The position numbers were made by a program, and so were the translations under genes. Shown piece after piece: positions 35,622 through 43,028 of a stretch of DNA of 64,000 nucleotides (positions are counted from its first letter, which is position 1; each line of letters starts with the position of its first letter). This DNA is from an uncultured Candidatus Saccharibacteria bacterium (lineage in GTDB: Bacteria > Patescibacteriota > Saccharimonadia > Saccharimonadales > AWTP1-31): assembly GCA_964629815.1 (NCBI GenBank), contig CAZVTA010000001.1, forward strand, positions 10,100 through 74,099. The letters run 5' to 3'. The notes below the pieces were generated by a model that did no database searches, had not been told where the DNA came from, and saw only the letters and a program-made list of their open reading frames with translations.

Positions 35622-36965
35622 ATGAGAGTATCAGATCTTATTCGACGTTCTGTACGTAACCTAAAGAGCGCCAAAATGCGTACCTTGCTTACGGCAACTG
35701 CAATTGCTGTGGGAGGTTTTACCCTGACAATTACACTGGCTGCATCTAACGGTAGTAGGGCATATGTAGATAAAATCTTGCAAGAAAACTTTGACCCTGC
35801 AGAATTATTTGTGTATCGAGACAAAGCTGTTTTTGGTGAAGATGACAAGACAAAGCCAAAAGAATATAGCGAAGACGGCGCGCTTGGATCTGTTGCGGGC
35901 GAGGGTGGAAATTTGGCATCAGTTAAACTTGTTACTGAAAAAGATATCGAACAGTTGCGCAAACTGTCGTATGTAGAAAAAGTAACCCCACTCGTCCAGG
36001 TTACGCCAGAGTATGTGACGCGCGAAGGCCAAAAGAAGTATACTGCCACATTTCAGCAATTCGGATCACGGCAGAATCTTCCTGTTATTGCAGGCAAACA
36101 AGAAGGTAAACCCGGAAGCAAAGAGGTGCTAATTCCAGAGCCGTTCGTGTCTGCACTTGGTTTTCGTGATGCAGCTGATGCGGTCGGTAAGTCGATTACG
36201 GTTGCCGTTCGTCCCTTATCCGACATGAGCCAAAAGACGAATTTTCTTGAGCGACAGGCTCCAAATATCTCGGAATTTAAATTTACGATAATAGGTGTGA
36301 GAAAAAATGTCGCCTCACAACAGCCTGGAACCAACTTTGCCATATATGCGTATAATGAAGATTTGCAACAACTCCATGATGTTGTTTATGCGTCTCAGCC
36401 TGCATATCGTAGTCATGCGACGGTGATCGCCCGTATTAAAGATGGTAACAATGAAAACACGCTTAAAGATGTTCAAGGCAAACTAACGGGTTTGGGTTAT
36501 GAATCAAAAAGTTCGAAAGACTTACAAAAGCTGATTAATAACTTTATATCAACGCTACAGATTGTTATTGTAGTGTTTTCGGTAATCACCGTAATTGCAT
36601 CAATATTTGGTATCGTTAATACCATGTACATTTCTGTTCTTGAGCGCACAAGAGAAATAGGGCTCATGAAAGCACTAGGCATGAGCAAGCGGGCAGTGAG
36701 TGCGCTCTTTACGTTTGAAGCCATCTGGATAGGATTTATTGGCGGCGCTATGGGTGTGGTTGGTGGCCTTCTGTTTGGGATCGCCCTTAACCCGGTTATT
36801 AGCGAAAAGTTAGAACTGGGCGAAGGTGTAAGTTTATTGGAGTATCATTGGACACAGATGCTAGCGCTTATTGGTGTGTTAATGGCTGTTGCTATGGTCG
36901 CAGGGATACTGCCTGCGTTTAAGGCGTCACGCCTCGATCCAATAGAGGCTTTACGAACCGAATAA
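35622..36965 (+). CDS. ABC transporter permease, MacB/FtsX-type with a large extracytoplasmic domain
   Basis: 447 aa. N-terminal TM, about 270-aa external domain, C-terminal FtsX TM bundle ending FKASRLDPIEALRTE. Confidence 0.9.
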   Translation: MRVSDLIRRSVRNLKSAKMRTLLTATAIAVGGFTLTITLAASNGSRAYVDKILQENFDPAELFVYRDKAVFGEDDKTKPKEYSEDGALGSVAGEGGNLASVKLVTEKDIEQLRKLSYVEKVTPLVQVTPEYVTREGQKKYTATFQQFGSRQNLPVIAGKQEGKPGSKEVLIPEPFVSALGFRDAADAVGKSITVAVRPLSDMSQKTNFLERQAPNISEFKFTIIGVRKNVASQQPGTNFAIYAYNEDLQQLHDVVYASQPAYRSHATVIARIKDGNNENTLKDVQGKLTGLGYESKSSKDLQKLINNFISTLQIVIVVFSVITVIASIFGIVNTMYISVLERTREIGLMKALGMSKRAVSALFTFEAIWIGFIGGAMGVVGGLLFGIALNPVISEKLELGEGVSLLEYHWTQMLALIGVLMAVAMVAGILPAFKASRLDPIEALRTE

Positions 36966-36977
36966 GCCGAGGCCGTA

Positions 36978-37616
36978 CTATTCCACTAGTTTTGCTTCTA
37001 ATACGTAGCGTTTAGCGGTGCTTCCTAGCGGAAAACATGTGTACAGCGTTAGTTTGGCGGGGGCATCTGGGTCGTAATCTCGAATGTCTATCTGATTAGG
37101 AAGTACCTCTTGCGTGTTGTAGACAGAGTATTCATATGTTCGACTATTCCATATAACGTAAAGTTTTTCGCCAATTTTAATTTCCGGTAGATTATAGAAC
37201 TGGCCACCATTGAGGGCGCTATACAGGAAACGATGGCCTGCAATAACAAGATTGCCCGGCTGTTCGGGTGAGACTGTGTTCGTTTCGCGCCATACACCCT
37301 GATTTTTTCCGATTACATCTATGCTTTTGCCGTCGATGATTTGGGTGTTTATGCCTATAGAAGGCAGGATTAGCCGGTTGCCATTGTAGTTGGTATTGGT
37401 CGGCAGCGATTTTGACTGAGCAGCATTCGCCAGCTCTGTTGTGCGAATGCTTGGTCTACGAAGCAAGAATACGATTTTTGGGATATATGGGAACACAATA
37501 ACAATGATACTGGCGACACACACAAGGGTAAGGAAAGCACTGAGCAATGAAATATGTAATCTTCTAGTATTCTTTTTTTGTGGGATAGCATTGTCGCTTT
37601 TGTGATCAGTACGCAT
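36978..37616 (-). CDS. Sortase-family transpeptidase
   Basis: N-terminal TM anchor, catalytic His context VIAGHR, TLYTC (TLxTC) Cys motif, and a downstream Arg (KRYVLEA). Confidence 0.85.
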   Translation of the reverse strand: MRTDHKSDNAIPQKKNTRRLHISLLSAFLTLVCVASIIVIVFPYIPKIVFLLRRPSIRTTELANAAQSKSLPTNTNYNGNRLILPSIGINTQIIDGKSIDVIGKNQGVWRETNTVSPEQPGNLVIAGHRFLYSALNGGQFYNLPEIKIGEKLYVIWNSRTYEYSVYNTQEVLPNQIDIRDYDPDAPAKLTLYTCFPLGSTAKRYVLEAKLVE

Positions 37617-37667
37617 TGAATCATATTATACCAATAGGCTTGTGCTTTTCTGTGATATAGTGTGATT

Positions 37668-38474
37668 ATGGCAATACTAAAAAAAACTACAGGGAAGAAA
37701 GTAACATTTAACCAATTGCATCGATGGAATGTGGCTATGGCCGTCTTGCATGCTATCCAAGGACTGCTGGTGATCGTTCTCAGTAAGTCAAATGCATGGA
37801 CTGTCAGTACGAGCTATCTGCAGCTTGATGAGGTTGCGACAAAAATACTGGGTCGTCCAGTTCTAGAGTCTGCATCGCGCGATCTGTTTGATGTTAATCT
37901 TGCGTATATCGTAGCCACATTCTTCTTTATGTCGGCAATCGCACATACCTTAATTGCCACTATATATCGAAAGCAGTATGAACGTAATCTTTCGCGAGGC
38001 ATAAATAAGGCGCGGTGGATAGAATACGGATTTAGCGCCAGCGTTATGATGATCGGTATCGCTTTGCTGAGCGGCATTTATGACCTTTCTACGTTAATCA
38101 TGATCTTTGTTCTCGATATGATTATGAATTTGCTTGGACTGGTTATGGAAACGCATAACGAGGGCAAGAAACAGCCAAATTGGCTAAGTTACTGGATCGG
38201 TTGTCTCGCAGGTATTGTACCGTGGGTAGTGTTTGGTATCTATGTGTGGGGCGCAACGGTGTATGGCGGAGGTAATATACCAACATTTGTGTACTGGATT
38301 TATGTCAGTATATTTCTGTTCTTTAATAGTTTCGCAGTTAATATGTATCTCCAGTACAAGAAAAAGGGCAAATGGTCAGATTATTTGTACGGTGAACGTG
38401 CATATATGGTCTTAAGTCTTGTTGCGAAGTCGGTTCTTGCTTGGCAGGTCTTTGCTGGGTCTCTTCGTCCGTAA
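37668..38474 (+). CDS. Heliorhodopsin (retinal-binding 7-TM photoreceptor, inverted topology family)
   Basis: Near-colinear similarity to heliorhodopsin 48C12 as I recall it: RWIEYGFSASVMM, YWIGCLAGIVPWVVFGIYV, FLFFNSFAVNMYLQYKKKGKWSDYLYGERAYMVLSLVAKSVLAWQVF. Schiff-base Lys codon AAG at 38427-38429 and counterion Glu GAA at 38022-38024. Alternative GTG start at 37662. Confidence 0.88.
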   Translation: MAILKKTTGKKVTFNQLHRWNVAMAVLHAIQGLLVIVLSKSNAWTVSTSYLQLDEVATKILGRPVLESASRDLFDVNLAYIVATFFFMSAIAHTLIATIYRKQYERNLSRGINKARWIEYGFSASVMMIGIALLSGIYDLSTLIMIFVLDMIMNLLGLVMETHNEGKKQPNWLSYWIGCLAGIVPWVVFGIYVWGATVYGGGNIPTFVYWIYVSIFLFFNSFAVNMYLQYKKKGKWSDYLYGERAYMVLSLVAKSVLAWQVFAGSLRP

Positions 38475-38501
38475 GAATGCATGTGGTATTATCTGTAGGT
38501 T

Positions 38502-39770
38502 GTGAAAAAGAATACCATTATTAATGATGTTCGTATTGATGGCCTTGTGGCAGGTGGTCAGGGCATTGGAACCTTGCCAACAGGTAAGAAGGTCTTTGTA
38601 TGGAACGCGCTACCGGGCGAGCGAGTTGACGTGCGCATAACGCGAAATAAACGTGATTTTGCTGAAGCGATTACTTCTGCAGTCATTGAGAAGAGTCCAT
38701 ATAGGTTGGGGGATGGTGCGATTGCGGATGAAGATTTAGCGACGCGCCCTTGGTCTATTTTTTCTACGGCGGAGGCCGAGCTCGATGCAAAAAAAGAGCT
38801 CGTAAAAGATATATTTGAGCGTGCCGGACTTAAGCTGCCTAGGTTTACGGTTGGAAGTGCGGGGAAAGTGCAGAATTATCGAAACAAAATGGAGTATTGC
38901 TTTTGGGGCGATGATGAAGGTGTTCATCTTGCACATTTTAGACGAGGATCGCATGGAAAAATCATTGCAAATCTTGCCAAAGACAAACTCGGTCAGGCGC
39001 ATTTGCTAGAAACTGCTGCTAGGCTGCTGGAGTGTCTAAACAGAGCGCATGTACGTGCAAGTGAGTTAAAATCGGTAATATTCCGTGCAGACAGCCGTAA
39101 AGTTGCTATAGCGTTATTCGTGAAGGACAGAGCATTTCCGGCGATTCAATTACCAGAACACTGTGTCGTGTACTATAGTAATCCAAAAAGCCCGGCGTCG
39201 ATAGTAACCGAAGAGTTGTATCGCACGGGCGAAACACGGCTTATTGATGATGTGAACGGTGTTAAGCTGACATATGATGCGCTTTCGTTCTTTCAAGTGA
39301 ATATTCCTGCGTTTGAGCGAGCGCTTAGTGATATGAAGCAGCATATAAATTCTCGAGTACCGGTACTTGATATGTATTCGGGGGTAGGCACTATTGGTTT
39401 GTGTCTCGATGTGCAATCCCTAACGCTCGTTGAACTTGATCCAAACAATATAGCTATGGCGCGTAAAAACAGCAAGCGGCACGAACACGTTACCGTTGTT
39501 GAAGCAAGTACAGAAGATGCGCTCGAATACATCCACCATGATGCCTGTGTTATTGTCGATCCTCCCCGAAGTGGACTGCATAAAAATGTGAGGCAAAAGA
39601 TTGTTACAGAATCACCACAGCAGGTTATCTATTTATCGTGTAACCCTGTGACACAGGCTCGTGATGTAGCGGATATTATTGAAGGTTACACTGTTCGTTA
39701 CTTTGGTGCGTATAACTTTTTTCCAAACACACCACATATTGAGACGTTGATTATATTGGAGCGAGCATGA
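38502..39770 (+). CDS. TRAM-domain RNA (uracil-5-)-methyltransferase, RlmD/TrmA family
   Basis: GTG start. N-terminal TRAM-like barrel, SAM motif DMYSGVGTIG, DPPRSG, and catalytic Cys context YLSCNP. No Fe-S cysteine cluster. Confidence 0.85.
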   Translation: MKKNTIINDVRIDGLVAGGQGIGTLPTGKKVFVWNALPGERVDVRITRNKRDFAEAITSAVIEKSPYRLGDGAIADEDLATRPWSIFSTAEAELDAKKELVKDIFERAGLKLPRFTVGSAGKVQNYRNKMEYCFWGDDEGVHLAHFRRGSHGKIIANLAKDKLGQAHLLETAARLLECLNRAHVRASELKSVIFRADSRKVAIALFVKDRAFPAIQLPEHCVVYYSNPKSPASIVTEELYRTGETRLIDDVNGVKLTYDALSFFQVNIPAFERALSDMKQHINSRVPVLDMYSGVGTIGLCLDVQSLTLVELDPNNIAMARKNSKRHEHVTVVEASTEDALEYIHHDACVIVDPPRSGLHKNVRQKIVTESPQQVIYLSCNPVTQARDVADIIEGYTVRYFGAYNFFPNTPHIETLIILERA

Positions 39771-40465
39771 AGATCCATAGGTTCTATTACGAAGGAAAGA
39801 TTGGCAATAAAGTTTTGAATATAGACGATGGGGAACTAGTAGCGCAGTGGTCAAGAGTATTACGGTTCAGACAGGGACAGATAATTGATCTATTTAATGA
39901 AGGATCTGATGTGCGCTATCGTGTCGTGAGCATTGCCAAAAACTTGTTTACACTTGAATATGTTGGCCAAAACCAACGTCTGCTTCCCGGGCGAGAAGTA
40001 GTTTTGTTTTGGTCTGTACTTAAGAAAGATAAAAATGAATGGGTGATACAGAAATGCACTGAGTTAGGCATTAAGCATTTTGTTCCTCTGATTGCTGAAC
40101 GATCAGAGAAAACTGGATATAATGTCGACAGAGCAAGGAAGATTATTGTAGAAGCTGCCGAACAGTGTGGTCGTGCAGACGTACCGGAGCTTCACGATGT
40201 AATGACGGTACAAAACGCTATTTCTGTATATAAATATGACACCCGTTTGCTGGTTGGCGATCAGTTCATCGGTACAGCTGATAGTAGTCGAAAGGATGAC
40301 ACACTGACTGCGCGCATCGGCATTTTTGTAGGCCCCGAGGGCGGCTGGTCTGAGTCTGAGAAGAGGTTGTTTGCTGCAATGGATGTACAACCGGTATCGT
40401 GTAGTCGGTTTACGCTAAGGGCAGAAACTGCATGCGTTGCACTCTCTGCAAAGCTGTTACAATAG
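39767..40465 (+). CDS. rsmE: 16S rRNA (uracil1498-N3)-methyltransferase RsmE
   Basis: MKIHRFY start, PUA-like N-terminus, SPOUT C-terminus (IFVGPEGGWSESE...LRAETA). Confidence 0.88.
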   Translation: MKIHRFYYEGKIGNKVLNIDDGELVAQWSRVLRFRQGQIIDLFNEGSDVRYRVVSIAKNLFTLEYVGQNQRLLPGREVVLFWSVLKKDKNEWVIQKCTELGIKHFVPLIAERSEKTGYNVDRARKIIVEAAEQCGRADVPELHDVMTVQNAISVYKYDTRLLVGDQFIGTADSSRKDDTLTARIGIFVGPEGGWSESEKRLFAAMDVQPVSCSRFTLRAETACVALSAKLLQ

Positions 40466-40469
40466 TCCA

Positions 40470-41243
40470 ATGAGTTATTGGAGAGAGCGGAGTCAGCCAT
40501 ATAAGCCAGGACAAAAAACGCCATATAAGGTTAGTCGTAGTAAGATTGAACTTTATATGCAGTGTCCACGCTGTTTCTGGCTAGATGTGCGCCTTAAGAT
40601 ATCACGCCCAAACACGCCCCCATTCAATATTAATAAGGCAATTGATGAGCTGCTTAAGAAAGAGTTTGATTCATATCGTCTAGAGAAAAAGCCGCATCCG
40701 TGGATGATTGAGCACAAAATTGATGCAATACCAATGCAGCACCAAGATCTCGAAACCTGGAGACATAATTTTACAGGTGTTTTCACACTGCATGCAGACA
40801 CTAATCTCCATGTTTTTGGGGCGATAGATGATCTATGGGTTGACAGTAAGGGCGCTCTCATAGTTGTAGATTACAAAGCTACCGCAAAAGATAAAGAGGT
40901 AAATATTGATAGTGAATGGCAGATTAGCTATAAGCGTCAGCTTGAGGTGTATCAATGGCTATTACGACAAAATGGATTCGAGGTTAATAATACGGGATAT
41001 TTTGTTTATACCAATGGTCGTCTTGACGCAGATGGCTTTTTTAACCGTGTTGAATTTTCAACAAAGATTATTCCATATGTCGGGAATGATACATGGATAG
41101 AACCAACGCTTCGAGAGATGAAGCAGTGCATGGAAGGATCGATGCCGCCTGTGGGTAAGGCAGCTATGGGTGGTGATTGTGATTACTGTACATATGCAAA
41201 ACAGCGTACTGAACTAACGATCGCTCATTTGCGCAAGCAGTAA
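40470..41243 (+). CDS. PD-(D/E)XK nuclease, Cas4/RecB-like with four cysteines (CxxC...CxxC)
   Basis: IDD...VVDYK (D..(D/E)xK) and the QLEVY (QxxxY) motif. Cys pairs CPRC near the N-terminus and CDYC near the C-terminus. ATG 40470 is preferred over the track's 40437, which overlaps rsmE. Confidence 0.7.
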   Translation: MSYWRERSQPYKPGQKTPYKVSRSKIELYMQCPRCFWLDVRLKISRPNTPPFNINKAIDELLKKEFDSYRLEKKPHPWMIEHKIDAIPMQHQDLETWRHNFTGVFTLHADTNLHVFGAIDDLWVDSKGALIVVDYKATAKDKEVNIDSEWQISYKRQLEVYQWLLRQNGFEVNNTGYFVYTNGRLDADGFFNRVEFSTKIIPYVGNDTWIEPTLREMKQCMEGSMPPVGKAAMGGDCDYCTYAKQRTELTIAHLRKQ

Positions 41244-41279
41244 ACCTGTTTGAAAAAATAGAGTATAATAGTAAGTAAT

Positions 41280-42572
41280 ATGTTGGACATCCAGTTTATC
41301 CGTGAAAACCCAAAGCTTGTTCAAGAAAAATCAAAGCAAAAGGGTTATGAGGTGGACGTTGATCGTCTGCTTGCTGTTGATAACGAGAAGAAGCGATTAC
41401 TTGGTGAAATAGAGGCCTTACGTGCGCGTCGTAATGAGCACGCAGCTGGTTTGAAGGCAGGCAGTCCGACGCCGCAGCAGATAGAAGAGGGCAGGAAGAT
41501 CAAAGACGATCTTACGGCGGCAGAGCAAAAACTTGTTCCGCTTGATCAAGATTTTCTAGATTTGTTACATGCTATTCCGAATATGCCCCTCGAATCGGTG
41601 CCGGTTGGTACGAGCGAAGAGCAAAATGTTGTTATTCGAACAGTTGGTGAACCGGAAAAAATTTCGTTTACCCCTCGTAGTGATGCAGAATTGGGTGTCT
41701 TGCACGACACGATAGACAAGGAGCGTGCAGCGAAAGTTGCGGGTGCGCGTTTTGCGTATATTAAGGGTGATGCCGTTCGGCTTCAGTTTGCAATTATTCA
41801 GTACGTTTTTGATGTTTTGAGCGATGAATCGGTGATCGCTAAAATTATTCAAGATAATCAGTTAAGCGTGAGCGCAAAAGTATTCTGTCCTATTTTGCCG
41901 CCCGCGATGATTAAGACCCAGCCCTATGTCGCTTCGGCACGCTTGAACGCTGAGGAAGTGACCTACAAGCTTGCTGATGACGAATTGTGGATGAATGCTA
42001 GTGCAGAACATAGTCTATGCACCATGTATATGAATGAAACATTGGATGAGAGTCAGCTGCCAATACGATATATAGGATACGCCACGAGTTTTCGACGCGA
42101 AGCAGGTACTTATGGTAAAGATACCGAAGGCATTTTTCGAATGCATCAATTTGATAAGTTAGAGATGGAGGTATTTAGTACCCCAGAAACTGGTCTTGAA
42201 GAACATGCTTTGTTGGTCGCAATCCAAGAGTATCTAGTGCAAAAGCTTGGACTACCGTATCAGCTAATACAAAAGTGCACGGCAGATATTGGCAAGCCAA
42301 ATGCTCAAGGAGTTGATATTAATGTCTGGATGCCCGCGCAGGGTCAGTATCGAGAAACTCACACTGCGGATTACATGACTGATTACCAGTCTAGACGGCT
42401 GAATACTCGAGTTCGTCGTGCGAATGGTCGCTTGCAATTTGTCCATACAAACGATGCAACAGCATTTGCGCTTGGTAGGATTATTAAGGCGGTACTAGAA
42501 AACTATCAGAATGCTGATGGAACTATTCGTGTGCCAGAGGTATTAAGGCCATATATGAGGAGGGCGCTATGA
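41280..42572 (+). CDS. serS: Seryl-tRNA synthetase
   Basis: MLDIQFIRENP start, coiled-coil tRNA-binding arm, class II core (FRREAG..G.DT.GIFRMHQF.K.E). Confidence 0.95.
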   Translation: MLDIQFIRENPKLVQEKSKQKGYEVDVDRLLAVDNEKKRLLGEIEALRARRNEHAAGLKAGSPTPQQIEEGRKIKDDLTAAEQKLVPLDQDFLDLLHAIPNMPLESVPVGTSEEQNVVIRTVGEPEKISFTPRSDAELGVLHDTIDKERAAKVAGARFAYIKGDAVRLQFAIIQYVFDVLSDESVIAKIIQDNQLSVSAKVFCPILPPAMIKTQPYVASARLNAEEVTYKLADDELWMNASAEHSLCTMYMNETLDESQLPIRYIGYATSFRREAGTYGKDTEGIFRMHQFDKLEMEVFSTPETGLEEHALLVAIQEYLVQKLGLPYQLIQKCTADIGKPNAQGVDINVWMPAQGQYRETHTADYMTDYQSRRLNTRVRRANGRLQFVHTNDATAFALGRIIKAVLENYQNADGTIRVPEVLRPYMRRAL

Positions 42573-42940
42573 TTACACAATTAGAAATTTCGGGTTTACA
42601 TATGGAGGTTTCAGATGAACTCCAGAAGTATATTCAGAAAAAGATAGGTAGACTGGATCTCTATATGTCTGCACACGCGCGCAAAACAGTTCATGCTGAG
42701 GTTAAGGTTAAAGAGGCAAAATCGAAAGACAAAAAAGAATGTATCTGTGAGGTTGTATTGCATTTGCCCAAGGAAACTCTTACCGCTAAAGATAGTACGA
42801 TCAATATGTTTGCGGCAGTTGATGTGGTCGAGGCCAAGCTAAAGAATCAACTCAAGAAGTACAAAGAAACGCACGGTTCAAAACAGCTTCACAGGCGAGT
42901 CATATCAAAGCTCAAAAAGACTGCTGAACCCACGATTTAG
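42569..42940 (+). CDS. hpf: Ribosome hibernation promoting factor (short HPF/RaiA type)
   Basis: 123 aa. ISG.HMEVSDELQKYIQKKIGRL is typical of the sigma54-modulation/S30EA family. Sits in the conserved hpf-secA order. Confidence 0.85.
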   Translation: MITQLEISGLHMEVSDELQKYIQKKIGRLDLYMSAHARKTVHAEVKVKEAKSKDKKECICEVVLHLPKETLTAKDSTINMFAAVDVVEAKLKNQLKKYKETHGSKQLHRRVISKLKKTAEPTI

Positions 42941-42963
42941 CGTAAAAATTACGCTCTTTGTTT
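42939..42963 (+). terminator. Putative Rho-independent terminator after hpf
   Basis: AGCGTAA(42939-45)/TTACGCT(42949-55) hairpin with a 3-nt loop, followed by CTTTGTTT. Confidence 0.5.
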
Positions 42964-43028
42964 GGTCTAAAGTGCGATACAATATATTTTGTAATGTTCA
43001 AAAATGGGTGGCAAGAAAGTTTTACTGA

